From NCBI GenBank assembly GCA_964434115.1, contig CAYSSX010000003.1:268554-332553 (forward strand): a stretch of 64,000 nt of DNA, written 5' to 3'. Both the position numbers and the translations under genes were made by a program. This document shows positions 7,915-17,728 of the stretch, piece after piece. A model generated the notes under the pieces. That model saw only the letters and a list, made by a program, of their open reading frames with translations. It was not told where the DNA came from and searched no databases. This DNA comes from an uncultured bacterium. Lineage in GTDB: Bacteria; Omnitrophota; Omnitrophia; Omnitrophales; Aquincolibacteriaceae. The stretch's first letter is position 1. Every line of letters starts with the position of its first letter.

Positions 7915-9086
7915 CGCCAAACGGTTTGCTTGCGCGTGAAAGCCATGCGCGCGGCGTCCAGAAGTATTCCTGCGATGATGGCGGCCGCCAGAACGTGAAG
8001 CCATGCGAACCGGCGCGGCCCCCGGATAATTTCATACGCCTTCCAAGCCGTTGCCAGAATAATTCCTGCCGTAAACAGCGCCAAAGCCCATGACGTTTGA
8101 GGATACGCCCCGCCCGCGGGAAACCCTGTCAGCATGAGACCGATCCAGACAAAAGGGATGACGGAAAACAAAACGAGGCTTGAAGCCCTTGCCAGCAAGG
8201 GCAGTGTTTTGCGCTCAAATGAATGGAGGTAAATCCTTCTCCATCCCCGCCAGATGGCCCCGAAAGAATCGTACATCCTTGTTCCAAAGAAATCTGTTCC
8301 AATAGCCACCGCGCAGGGGAGCCCCGCCTCTTTGGCTTTTTTAAAGAGCGCGAAGTCTTCCAGAAACTCGGCCTTTACGGCAGCGTGCCCGCCCGTTTTT
8401 TCATACACCGACCGGTGCATCAGCAGATACTGTCCGTTTCCAAAATAAATTTTTTGCTCGGGGTCATTCACTTTTTCAACAGGAAACCATAGGCCCATCA
8501 AAGCCATGGCAACCGGCTGCAGGACTATTTCCCAAAAACCGCTGGCAAGGCACCGGGGAAGAAGTGTCAGCATCAAGGCCCCTCTTTTTTCCATGAGCCC
8601 GAGCGAGGCCCGGAGCGATTCCGGCTCATGCCGCGTGTCTGCATCCGTGAAAAGAAGCCATTCGCCTTGCGCGTAAGGGGCCCCAAAGGCAAGCGCGTGA
8701 TTTTTTCCGGTCCAGCCCGCAGGGGCAGGGGGGGAATTCAAGTAACTCAGCCGGGAGGCCCCTCGATCCGTCCCAGGATTCCCGGCGGGGCGTGCACCCA
8801 AAGCGAGGAGAATTTCTTCCGTACGGTCCGTCGAGTTGTCATTGATGACGAGGATTTCAAAATCCGGGTAATCGATAGCCAGCAGGCCTTCAACGCACAT
8901 CCGGATATTGCTTTCTTCGTTTTTTGCGGGAACGAGAATCGAAACTTTATTCCGCCCTCCCGAAAGAATGCCGTTACTTAATCGTGGCGCCCGGAAAAGA
9001 GTGACAAGGGCGCAGACGGAGCGGTTGATCCACACGGCCGCTGATGTCAAAAAGAAAATGAGGACGGGGTCAGGAGTTATTTTCAT
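7911..9086 (-). CDS. Membrane-anchored family 2 glycosyltransferase
   Basis: 'VSILVPAKNEESNI...ILVINDNSTDRTEEIL' GT-A N-terminal motif; 'LLFTDADTRHEP' DxD motif; hydrophobic C-terminal segments. Convergent with the reductase gene; the stops overlap by 4 nt. Confidence 0.7.
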   Translation of the reverse strand: MKITPDPVLIFFLTSAAVWINRSVCALVTLFRAPRLSNGILSGGRNKVSILVPAKNEESNIRMCVEGLLAIDYPDFEILVINDNSTDRTEEILLALGARPAGNPGTDRGASRLSYLNSPPAPAGWTGKNHALAFGAPYAQGEWLLFTDADTRHEPESLRASLGLMEKRGALMLTLLPRCLASGFWEIVLQPVAMALMGLWFPVEKVNDPEQKIYFGNGQYLLMHRSVYEKTGGHAAVKAEFLEDFALFKKAKEAGLPCAVAIGTDFFGTRMYDSFGAIWRGWRRIYLHSFERKTLPLLARASSLVLFSVIPFVWIGLMLTGFPAGGAYPQTSWALALFTAGIILATAWKAYEIIRGPRRFAWLHVLAAAIIAGILLDAARMAFTRKQTVWR

Positions 9087-9166
9087 AGCGGCACAGCATA
9101 ACCTAATCTTAGAACAGTGAAAAACTTTATTTCCGGATCTCTGACCGCTGACACTGAGGATTTTTT

Positions 9167-11506
9167 TTGTTAAAATATTTTTCCATGCCGCACCTATTTC
9201 GAAGACTTGCCCAGATTGTTCTTGTCAGCCGCTGGCCCCTTTTGCTGGGGCTTGGGATCATCACCCTTATCTGCGGATTTAAAGCGGTTCAGCTTCAGAT
9301 TGACCCCACGGTTGAGATGATGCTTGCCAAAAACACCAAAGAATACCGCGATTACGACGCCTACCGCACGACTTACGGGAGCGACTCGATTATTTTGGCG
9401 GCGATGGCCACGGACAATGTCTTTACGCCAACCAACCTTGCACTTTTAAAACGCGTCACGGAAGCCTGTCTGAAGTTTGAACAAGTGGAAAGCGTTCTCA
9501 GTCTTCCCGTAGTTTCCGATATCCGCCATAAAAGGTTCGGCGTGAAAATTGTTCCCGCCCTTGAAGGGGTGATGGAGGGGAGCCGCCCGATGGATGAGGC
9601 TCGCAGCGATATCCTCTCGAACGAACTTTATCTTAACAATCTCGTTTCCCATGACGGAAAGACCGCGAATTTAATCATTCGCGTGAAAACCTCCAAGGAC
9701 AAGGAAAGCGGGGTTCTGATCGAACATCTGAAGGCCATTTTCCGGACCGAGGAAAAACACGGCGGGGTTAAATTTTATATGGCAGGCGCCCCCGTCGAGC
9801 AGTATGAATTTGTAAGGCTTATCCGTAAAGACCAGTTCACTTTTGTCCCGATGATTACGGCGTTTTTAATCGCGGCGACCTTTTTATTTTACCGGAGCAT
9901 TCCGTGCGTCATCCTGGCCCTTTCCAAAGTCTTTGTCACGCTGGCCTGGACTTTTGGTTCTATTGCCTTCTTTGGGCAGGAACTGAATCTCGTCACCTCT
10001 CTTCTTGCGCCGGTTCTTATGATCATCACGGTGGTGAACTCCATTCATTTTATGAATTTGTTTTTTGATATCCGCGCGCATCATCCCAGCCTGCGGATGT
10101 CCGTTGTTTTGACCATGGAACAGCTGGGGCTTCCGAGCCTGCTCACGCACGCCACGACGGTGCTGGGTTTTCTTTCCTTGGCCTTGGACAGTGTTCCCGC
10201 GATCCGGAGTTTTGGTCTCTTTGCCGCGCTTGGGTCTTTTTACTCTTTTCTGGTTGCGATGCTTTTGACACCCGTACTGCTTTTGTCCCTTCCCTACAGA
10301 GCGAGACCCCGTGATTTCAATGACCGGCATTTTTTTAACAAGATCCTTGTGGGGTTCCTTGAGAAGCTTGAACACCGGTGGAAGTGGGTGATTCTGGCCA
10401 TTGTTGTTGTTTCCGTGGCTTTTTCGGCGGCGGGAATTAAAAAACTCAATGTGGATACGAATATCGTCAAGCAGCTGAAGCCCGATTCTCCGCTCGCCGT
10501 TTCTACGCGATTCATCGACGAGCATATTTTGGGCGTTTACACGCTGGGGTTTGTTCTCAGAACGCGTGACGGTTCGACGATCGTGAATCAGGAAACCCTG
10601 AAGCGCCTGGATGCTTTTAAAACCTTTCTTGAACAGATGCCTGAAATTTCAAACGTGAACAGCATCACGACGCTGATTAAAAGAATTCACCTTGCCCGCA
10701 AGCAGAGTCCCGAGGCCTACGTCATTCCGGGACAGGTAGACTTGGAAAGATACTTTAAAGGGATTACCGCTGACGATAACCCTGAAACCTGGAGCATGAT
10801 GTCGCGGGATTTGAAGGAGGTCCGCCTTCAGGCCCAGATGAAAGCGGTCGGAACCCGGGAGGGGAAGCTTGTCGAAAAAAAGGCCCGCGCCTATATGCAG
10901 AAAAAACTTTCGCCCTATTTTGAGACCCTGATGACGGGCCATGTGGTGCTTCTCGGCAGAATGGCTGAGAATCTTGTCCATTCGCAGATGATGAGTTTTG
11001 GTTTTGCCTTTGCGTCTATTTTTCTGGTCATTGCCTTGATCTTCCGCTCTCTTAAAATGGGGCTCCTTGCGGCAGTGCCCAACATTGTTCCGATTCTTTT
11101 GACCTATGGCATTATGGGATTCCTTCATGTTGAGCTTTCCACCTCAACCGCGATGATCTCAAGTATTGTGCTGGGACTTGTCGTAGACTCCTCTATCCGG
11201 TTTTTGCACCGCTTCCAGCTGGAGTTTGAAAAAAGAGGCCATTATCTTCAGGCGCTGCACCATACCTACCGGAATACGGGGCAAGCCATGTTCATTTCAA
11301 CCTTGATTCTGGTGGTGGGGTTTGGAACCAGTGTTTTCGCCGGTTTCCGTCCCACGATTCAGTTTGGGGTTTTGACAAGCCTAACTATTTTTCTATCCAT
11401 GATTTGCACACTTCTCGTTCTTCCGGTTCTGGTGGTGATGACCCGGCCTTTTGGCCGGCAGCGGCTTTTCCGGAAGCAGAAAGAAGGGGCCGACCCGTTT
11501 CGTTGA
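9167..11506 (+). CDS. MMPL-family RND-type lipid exporter
   Basis: 779 aa with two hydrophobic blocks, each followed by a large soluble loop (MMPL/HpnN-like architecture). TTG start at 9167 with GAGGA 6 nt upstream; the alternative ATG is at 9185. Confidence 0.8.
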   Translation: MLKYFSMPHLFRRLAQIVLVSRWPLLLGLGIITLICGFKAVQLQIDPTVEMMLAKNTKEYRDYDAYRTTYGSDSIILAAMATDNVFTPTNLALLKRVTEACLKFEQVESVLSLPVVSDIRHKRFGVKIVPALEGVMEGSRPMDEARSDILSNELYLNNLVSHDGKTANLIIRVKTSKDKESGVLIEHLKAIFRTEEKHGGVKFYMAGAPVEQYEFVRLIRKDQFTFVPMITAFLIAATFLFYRSIPCVILALSKVFVTLAWTFGSIAFFGQELNLVTSLLAPVLMIITVVNSIHFMNLFFDIRAHHPSLRMSVVLTMEQLGLPSLLTHATTVLGFLSLALDSVPAIRSFGLFAALGSFYSFLVAMLLTPVLLLSLPYRARPRDFNDRHFFNKILVGFLEKLEHRWKWVILAIVVVSVAFSAAGIKKLNVDTNIVKQLKPDSPLAVSTRFIDEHILGVYTLGFVLRTRDGSTIVNQETLKRLDAFKTFLEQMPEISNVNSITTLIKRIHLARKQSPEAYVIPGQVDLERYFKGITADDNPETWSMMSRDLKEVRLQAQMKAVGTREGKLVEKKARAYMQKKLSPYFETLMTGHVVLLGRMAENLVHSQMMSFGFAFASIFLVIALIFRSLKMGLLAAVPNIVPILLTYGIMGFLHVELSTSTAMISSIVLGLVVDSSIRFLHRFQLEFEKRGHYLQALHHTYRNTGQAMFISTLILVVGFGTSVFAGFRPTIQFGVLTSLTIFLSMICTLLVLPVLVVMTRPFGRQRLFRKQKEGADPFR

Positions 11507-11583
11507 CAGTTTCTCCCTCCCCGTACTATAATCCCCTCTATTTATTTTTCTTAAGTCGTTAAAAATCAAGGGTCTAGGAACTT

Positions 11584-12999
11584 ATGGAAAAACTGCTTAC
11601 CCCGTACGGCGGGCGTTTTCTGCCTAAAGAAGCCGTCTCCTCCATCATCGAAAATTTTCAAGAAGGCCGGAAGGTCCGAACCGCGGGCCGGCTGATGGCC
11701 AAACGTATTATGGGTAAAAGCGCTTTTTTTGATTTAAAGGACGAGTTTGCGCGGATGCAGCTTTATGTGAAAAAGGATATTGTCGGTGATGCTCTTTTTG
11801 AGGAGATTCTGGGGCTTTCGCTTGGGGATATTGCGGGCATTGAAGGCGAGCTGTTTGTTTCCAAGGCCGGTGAAAAAACTATCCGGGTTGAAAAGCTGAC
11901 GCTTCTTTCCAAAATTGTCCGGACGCTACCGGAAAAGTGGCATGGCCTGAAAGATGTTGAAACCCGCTACCGGCATCGCTACGTGGATCTGATTGTCAAT
12001 GATGATGTCCGTAAGACGTTTAAGGCGCGCAGCCAAATTCTCCGGGATATCCGGCGTTTCCTTGATGAACGCGGTTTCATGGAAGTGGAAACGCCCATGA
12101 TGCAGCCGATTCCCGGGGGCGCCCGCGCGAAGCCTTTCGAGACGCACCACAATTCTTTAGGGATTGACCTCTACTTGCGCGTGGCCCCTGAACTTTACTT
12201 AAAGCGTCTTCTTGTGGGCGGGTTTGAAAAGGTTTATGAGATCAACCGCAATTTCCGCAACGAAGGCATTTCGGTCCGGCACAACCCTGAGTTCACGATG
12301 CTGGAACTCTATGAGGCTTATGCTGATTACCATGACATGATGGCCATTACCGAAGAGCTGATCGCGGGGCTGGTGTTTGCCCTTCATGGGACTTATGAAA
12401 TTCCTTTTGGGGATAAAACGATCAATTACAAAACCCCCTGGAAGAGAATCAGTTTTTATGACGCGCTCAAGGAAAGCACAGGGATGGATTTCCGGACCTG
12501 CGATGTTCGTAAGGCGGCTCGCGAGCTGCACGTGCCTTTTTCAGAAAAGGACGAAGACATTGATGTGCTCAATGAGGTCTTCGGCGAAAAAGTCGAGGCT
12601 TCGCTTTGGGATCCGACTTTTGTGATTGATTACCCGACAGTCATGACCCCCTTGGCCAAGGCCAAGGACGAGGACCCTTCTCTGGTCTACCGGTTTGAAC
12701 TTTTTGTGGCGCGCATGGAAATCGCCAATGCCTTTTCAGAGCTGAACGATCCGCATGTTCAGCGGCAGCGCCTTGAAGAACAGCGCAAAATGATTGGCGA
12801 GCATAAGGAAATCGATGAAGACTTTCTTACGGCCCTTGAGTATGCCATGCCTTCCGCGGGCGGTCTTGGGATCGGAATTGACCGCCTTGTGATGTTGTTA
12901 ACCAATCAAAGCTCGATCCGGGACGTTATTTTATTCCCCCAGATGAAACCCGAATCGGGAGCCCCTAAAAAAATCGAAAACGAAGAATCGGTTTCGTAA
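11584..12999 (+). CDS. lysS: Lysine--tRNA ligase (class II)
   Basis: '[23 protein letters not shown]' OK-fold anticodon-binding region; '[16 protein letters not shown]' motif 2; '[16 protein letters not shown]' motif 3. Confidence 0.9.
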   Translation: MEKLLTPYGGRFLPKEAVSSIIENFQEGRKVRTAGRLMAKRIMGKSAFFDLKDEFARMQLYVKKDIVGDALFEEILGLSLGDIAGIEGELFVSKAGEKTIRVEKLTLLSKIVRTLPEKWHGLKDVETRYRHRYVDLIVNDDVRKTFKARSQILRDIRRFLDERGFMEVETPMMQPIPGGARAKPFETHHNSLGIDLYLRVAPELYLKRLLVGGFEKVYEINRNFRNEGISVRHNPEFTMLELYEAYADYHDMMAITEELIAGLVFALHGTYEIPFGDKTINYKTPWKRISFYDALKESTGMDFRTCDVRKAARELHVPFSEKDEDIDVLNEVFGEKVEASLWDPTFVIDYPTVMTPLAKAKDEDPSLVYRFELFVARMEIANAFSELNDPHVQRQRLEEQRKMIGEHKEIDEDFLTALEYAMPSAGGLGIGIDRLVMLLTNQSSIRDVILFPQMKPESGAPKKIENEESVS

Positions 13000-13030
13000 A
13001 CCAGCTTGTTAAAAATCCGGAATTACGATT

Positions 13031-14332
13031 ATGGGTTTTGAATCCTTTATCGCGATGAAACATTTACGTGCCCGCCGCCAGACAGGGTTTATTTCCCTCA
13101 TCACGGTCATTTCCGTGCTGGGTGTGGGGGTGGGAGTCATGGCCCTTATCGTGGTGATGGCCGTGATGAGCGGTTTTGACCGGGAGCTCAAATCAAAGAT
13201 CGTGAATGTCCAGCCGCATCTGCGCATCGAGAAAGTCGGCGGTCTGGACAACGTGGATGCTGAAATTGAAAAAATCAAAGAGCATGGCATTCAGGGAATT
13301 AAAACACTTTCCGCCTACATCGAAGGGCAGGGGATTCTCCGCTCCAGCGCAAACGCGACAGGTGTTCTGGTGAAGGGGATGGATACTGAGCGCGAAGACA
13401 TGGGCGTCTATCAGCAGCACATGATTTTCGGAATGCTGGACCTGACTTCCCAGCAGGTCTCGACCACGCACCGGAAAATGCTCTTTTTCAAAGAAACGAG
13501 AGAGGAAAGCCTGGGGGGGGTTGTGATCGGGGAAACCCTTGCCGACCTTCTTCAGGTCAGAATCGGTGATCGCGTGGATTTGATTTCACCCTTCAAGGAT
13601 CCGGGCAATAACCTTCTGGCGGTCCGCGCGGAAAGCCGGACTTTTCTTGTCAAAGGAATTTTCCGCGTGGGGATGAATGACTTTGACACCTCGCTTGCGC
13701 TCATCAGTCTTCACGAGGCCCAGAATGTTTACCGGATGGGAACCCGGGTTTCGGGGATCAGCCTGCGGTTCAACGACGTGGATGACGCCCAGAAGTGGAA
13801 ATATTTTCTGCAGAGTTACTTTACACCGGACTACTATCTCCGGTCATGGTACGACATGAACCATAATTTTTTTCAGGCCCTGAAAGTGGAGAAGTCGGTG
13901 ATGACCATTCTTCTCGCGCTTATCATTCTTGTCGCGGCATTCAATATTGTGTCCACCTTGATCATGATCGTCATGGAGAAGACCAAGGACATCGGTATCC
14001 TGAGAGCACTCGGGGCCACTAGCGCGAGCATCCGCCGGATTTTTATGATGGAAGGGTTCAGTGTCGGAGTTTTTGGCGTGGCCTTTGGTGCTGGCGCCGG
14101 TCTGCTGTTGGCTTTTAACCTTAATCCGGTGTCGGATTTTCTTAAACAAACCACGGGGCTTGAGGTTTTTCCAAGCGACATTTACTTCTTTGACAAAATT
14201 CCCGCGGAAGTCCATGCCCCCGATGTGGTGGTTGTAGTGGCCTTTGCCATGCTTGCTTCGATCCTTGCCGGTATTTATCCCGCCGGACGTGCGGCTGCGC
14301 TGGATCCCGTGGAGGCCCTGCGTTATGAGTAG
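13031..14332 (+). CDS. lolE: Lipoprotein-releasing system permease (LolC/LolE, FtsX/MacB family)
   Basis: N-terminal 'AMKHLRARRQTGFISLITVISVLGVGVGVMALIVVMAVMSGF' is a typical LolC/E start; large periplasmic domain; C-terminal FtsX-like 4-TM region. Confidence 0.8.
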   Translation: MGFESFIAMKHLRARRQTGFISLITVISVLGVGVGVMALIVVMAVMSGFDRELKSKIVNVQPHLRIEKVGGLDNVDAEIEKIKEHGIQGIKTLSAYIEGQGILRSSANATGVLVKGMDTEREDMGVYQQHMIFGMLDLTSQQVSTTHRKMLFFKETREESLGGVVIGETLADLLQVRIGDRVDLISPFKDPGNNLLAVRAESRTFLVKGIFRVGMNDFDTSLALISLHEAQNVYRMGTRVSGISLRFNDVDDAQKWKYFLQSYFTPDYYLRSWYDMNHNFFQALKVEKSVMTILLALIILVAAFNIVSTLIMIVMEKTKDIGILRALGATSASIRRIFMMEGFSVGVFGVAFGAGAGLLLAFNLNPVSDFLKQTTGLEVFPSDIYFFDKIPAEVHAPDVVVVVAFAMLASILAGIYPAGRAAALDPVEALRYE

Positions 14333-15038
14333 CCAGCCGCGCGAACTTTTCAGTGTGTTCAATGTGACGAGAGAATACGACATGCCGACCGGAACCCTTT
14401 GTGTTTTGAAAGGGATCAATTTTTCTCTTGCGCGGGGGGATATGGCGTTTGTCGTAGGCCGTTCCGGTTCCGGTAAATCGACTTTTCTTCACCTGCTGGG
14501 CGGCTTGGATCAGCCGAGCGGCGGAAAAATTCTTTTTGAAGGCGAAGATATGACCGAGATGAGCGAAAAGGAGCTTTCCCGGATCCGTAACCGCCGCATT
14601 GGACTGGTCTTTCAGTTTTATCATCTTTTGCCGGAACTCACGCTGTTTGAAAATGTCCTGCTTCCGAGTTTGATCGCGGGAAAGCCCAACCCTAAATGGG
14701 CTAAAGAATGTTTGAGAAAAGTAAAACTGTACAGCCGCGCTGAGCATTATCCGGCGGAGTTGTCGGGCGGAGAGAAACAGAGGGCTGCGATGGCCCGGGC
14801 GCTCGTCAACCGACCGTCCGTGGTGCTCTGCGATGAACCGACGGGAAACCTTGATGTGGAGACTGCCGCGTCCGTCGTGTCTTTGATGGAAGATTTGAAC
14901 CGGCGCGAGGGGATCGCCTTTGTGGTGGTCACGCATGACGAATCCATGGCTGCGCGGCATGAACAGGTTTACCGGATCACGGACGGTGTCCTGCTTCGAC
15001 GGGACACAAGACAAGTCAATATTTCACGCATTTCTTAA
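14325..15038 (+). CDS. lolD: Lipoprotein-releasing system ATP-binding protein
   Basis: Walker A 'GRSGSGKST', ABC signature 'LSGGEKQRAAMARAL', Walker B 'VVLCDEPTGNLD'. ATG at 14325 overlaps the lolE stop. Confidence 0.85.
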   Translation: MSSQPRELFSVFNVTREYDMPTGTLCVLKGINFSLARGDMAFVVGRSGSGKSTFLHLLGGLDQPSGGKILFEGEDMTEMSEKELSRIRNRRIGLVFQFYHLLPELTLFENVLLPSLIAGKPNPKWAKECLRKVKLYSRAEHYPAELSGGEKQRAAMARALVNRPSVVLCDEPTGNLDVETAASVVSLMEDLNRREGIAFVVVTHDESMAARHEQVYRITDGVLLRRDTRQVNISRIS

Positions 15039-15137
15039 TCTTTGATATTCGGAGCTGACCTATCCTTTTGATCCGGCCCAGCCGGTTTCTTCAGGCCCTG
15101 CGCCCTCCGGAACAAATTTAAATTACAGGAGAGAAGT

Positions 15138-16034
15138 ATGGAACTTCAGATTTACATCGACGGGAAATGGTACCCCAAGAGTGAAGCCAAAATTTCAGTC
15201 TTTGATCACGGACTCCTTTATGGCGACGGTGTCTTTGAGGGGATCCGTACCTACAAGGGCCTGGTCTTCAAGCTTCAGGAGCATTTGGACCGTCTCTGGG
15301 AATCGGCGCATACGCTTATGATCCGGATCCCGATGACGCAGAAAGAAATGCAGAAGGCTATTGTTGATACGCTTAAACGGAACAAGTTCATGGACGGCTA
15401 CATCCGGGTTGTGGTCACCCGCGGGGTGGGCGATTTGGGGCTGGATCCAGCCAAATGCAAGGTCGCTTCTGTTTTCATCATTACCGACAAGATCGCGCTT
15501 TATCCCGAGGCCTTTTACAGCGAGGGACTGCAGATTGTGACCGTGCCGACGGTGCGCAATTTCCCGGAAGCGGTCAGCCCGGCAGTGAAGAGTTTGAACT
15601 ACCTCAACAATATTCTCGCCAAAATTGAAGCCAAAAATTCCGGCTGCGTCGAGGCCCTTATGCTGAATCACCAGGGGTATGTCGCGGAGTGCTCAGGGGA
15701 CAACGTTTTTATGGTCAAGGCCGAAGGGCGGAGTAAAAAACCAGTGCTGATGACGCCCCCGGTTTATCTGGGCTCGCTCAACGGAATTACGCGCGGGGCA
15801 ATCATTGAAGTGGCTGCTCAGAAAAAAATCGAATTCCGTGAGCAGGTTCTGACACGGCATGATCTTTTCAACGCCGACGAAGTTTTTTTGACAGGGACTG
15901 CGGCGGAAGTGATTCCAGTTGTGAAAATCGACGGACGGGAAATTGCCTCCGGAAAGCCCGGTCCAATCACGCTTCGTCTTCGCCAAGGGTTCCAGGCGCT
16001 GACTGCAAAAGACGGCGTCCGGTACAAGGTTTAA
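15138..16034 (+). CDS. ilvE: Branched-chain amino acid aminotransferase (class IV PLP enzyme)
   Basis: 'HGLLYGDGVFEGIRTY' and 'EVFLTGTAAEVIPV' class-IV aminotransferase motifs; closer to IlvE than to D-alanine aminotransferase. Confidence 0.7.
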   Translation: MELQIYIDGKWYPKSEAKISVFDHGLLYGDGVFEGIRTYKGLVFKLQEHLDRLWESAHTLMIRIPMTQKEMQKAIVDTLKRNKFMDGYIRVVVTRGVGDLGLDPAKCKVASVFIITDKIALYPEAFYSEGLQIVTVPTVRNFPEAVSPAVKSLNYLNNILAKIEAKNSGCVEALMLNHQGYVAECSGDNVFMVKAEGRSKKPVLMTPPVYLGSLNGITRGAIIEVAAQKKIEFREQVLTRHDLFNADEVFLTGTAAEVIPVVKIDGREIASGKPGPITLRLRQGFQALTAKDGVRYKV

Positions 16035-16042
16035 ACGGGCCT

Positions 16043-16561
16043 ATGATTTGTAATATTTGCGGTAATCAGGAAGCAACCCTTCATCTGACCGAGATTGTTC
16101 AGGATCAGATGCTGGAAGTCCATTTGTGCGAGGCCTGTGCCCAGGAGAAAGGGACTGATTTTAAAACCCACTTTCAACTAGGGGATCTTTTGGGCGGGCT
16201 TTCAGCGGCCGCGGGCAGCCCGCTTCCAGGGACAGCGGTTCCTCCGGCCGCGCAGTGCACGGAGTGCGGTATGACCTATGAGGAGTTTGCGAAAACAGGG
16301 CGGTTAGGCTGCGCGTCCTGCTATCAAGGGCTTTCTAAAATTCTGCTGCCTTTGATCAAACGTGTGCAGCGCTCCACGCACCACGTAGGAAAACAGCCGG
16401 CGCGCCTTTCGACCCCGGAAAAAGCGGCCTACGACCTAAGGCTTCTGCAGGAACGCTTGCGTAAAAGCGTCGAACTGGAAGCTTTTGAAGATGCGGCCCG
16501 GATCCGTGATGAAATCAAAGAGATGGAACATAAAACCCAAAAGGGTAAAAAGAAAAAATGA
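16043..16561 (+). CDS. mcsA: McsA (activator of protein arginine kinase; zinc-finger plus UVR domain)
   Basis: 'MICNICGNQEATLHLTEI...EVHLCEACAQEKG' and 'CTECGMTYEEFAKTGRLGCASCYQ' zinc-finger pairs plus the C-terminal UVR motif 'LEAFEDAARIRDEIKEME'. Collinear with B. subtilis McsA. Confidence 0.8.
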   Translation: MICNICGNQEATLHLTEIVQDQMLEVHLCEACAQEKGTDFKTHFQLGDLLGGLSAAAGSPLPGTAVPPAAQCTECGMTYEEFAKTGRLGCASCYQGLSKILLPLIKRVQRSTHHVGKQPARLSTPEKAAYDLRLLQERLRKSVELEAFEDAARIRDEIKEMEHKTQKGKKKK

Positions 16562-17622
16562 ATTCTCTCGACGCATTGATTAAAAAACCGGTGGAGTGGC
16601 TCAAAACCGAAGGCCCTTTGGGCGATGTCGTGGTCAGTTCCCGCCTCCGCCTTGCCCGCAACATCTCCGGGTTTCCGTTTCATCAAAAACTTTCACCCGG
16701 GCAGCGCCATGAAATCGTCGCCCTTGTGGAAGCTGCGGTGAAAAAAAATGCGGCTTTTAAAGAGTCCCACTTCTTGCTGTCTTCCGAGTTGACGGAACTT
16801 GACCGGCAATTCCTTTTGGAGCGCCATTTAATCAGCCGTGAGCACGCGGAGGAACGCGCCGAAAATGCAGTCCTTATTTCCCCGGACGAAGGGGTCAGCG
16901 TGATGGTTCTGGAAGAGGACCACCTGCGCCTTCAGTCTTTCCAGCCCGGGCTGAATCTGATGCAGGCCTGGAAGCTGGTCAGCCGCGTGGATGATGACCT
17001 GGAGAAGAAAATCTCATACTCCTTCAGTTTGAATCTGGGGTATTTGACCGCCTGCCCAACGAATGTGGGAACAGGGCTTAGGGCGTCGGGGATGCTGCAC
17101 CTTCCCGGATTGGTGCTTACCAAGCAGGTGCATAAAGTTCTCCAGGCTTTGGCCAAGTTGAATGTCGCCGCCCGGGGTTTGTACGGGGAAGGTACTCAAG
17201 CCACGGGAAATCTTTTCCAGTTTTCAAATCAGATGACCTTGGGGCAGCGTGAGGATGAGATTATTGACAACCTTGAGCGTGTTATTCATCAGGTCGTTGA
17301 CCATGAAAAGGAAGCCCGCGCTCATCTGGTCCAAAAAAAGCAGGCCAAGTTTGAAGACCAGATCTGGCGCGCGCTTGGAACTCTAAAGTCAGCCCGCATC
17401 ATCTCTTCTTCGGAAGCGACTCAGCTTTTGTCGCTGGTTCAACTGGGTGCGAACACAGGGCTTGTAAAAACCTCGTTAACCCGTTCGGACCTTAACTTGC
17501 TTTTTCTTCTGATTCAGCCCGCGCATCTGCAGAAGGCGTCCGGGGCAGGTTTGAGCGCCGGGGAGCGGGATGAGGCCCGGGCCCGTCTTATTCGGGAGAA
17601 ACTTTCGGGAATTACGCTTTAG
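16558..17622 (+). CDS. mcsB: Protein arginine kinase McsB (ATP:guanido phosphotransferase family)
   Basis: 'CPTNVGTGLRASGMLHLPGL' phosphagen-kinase active-site signature. Overlaps the mcsA stop. Confidence 0.85.
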   Translation: MNSLDALIKKPVEWLKTEGPLGDVVVSSRLRLARNISGFPFHQKLSPGQRHEIVALVEAAVKKNAAFKESHFLLSSELTELDRQFLLERHLISREHAEERAENAVLISPDEGVSVMVLEEDHLRLQSFQPGLNLMQAWKLVSRVDDDLEKKISYSFSLNLGYLTACPTNVGTGLRASGMLHLPGLVLTKQVHKVLQALAKLNVAARGLYGEGTQATGNLFQFSNQMTLGQREDEIIDNLERVIHQVVDHEKEARAHLVQKKQAKFEDQIWRALGTLKSARIISSSEATQLLSLVQLGANTGLVKTSLTRSDLNLLFLLIQPAHLQKASGAGLSAGERDEARARLIREKLSGITL

Positions 17623-17728
17623 GTAGTCAATGGTTTGCCGGAAAAGTCGAAAATTAGAGGATGGCAGTAACAGGGTTAGTTTAACGAAATTATCATATCC
17701 GATATTGTTTTAACCGCGGAGGTTTGCG

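Noticed and set aside
9884-10525. 213-aa minus-strand ORF rich in basic residues
   Set aside because: It lies inside the MMPL transporter gene on the opposite strand with no domain signal. Shadow ORF.
14142-15014. 290-aa minus-strand ORF
   Set aside because: It is antisense to lolD, which has clear Walker A, signature and Walker B motifs. The ORF is Arg/His-rich and low-complexity. Not coding.
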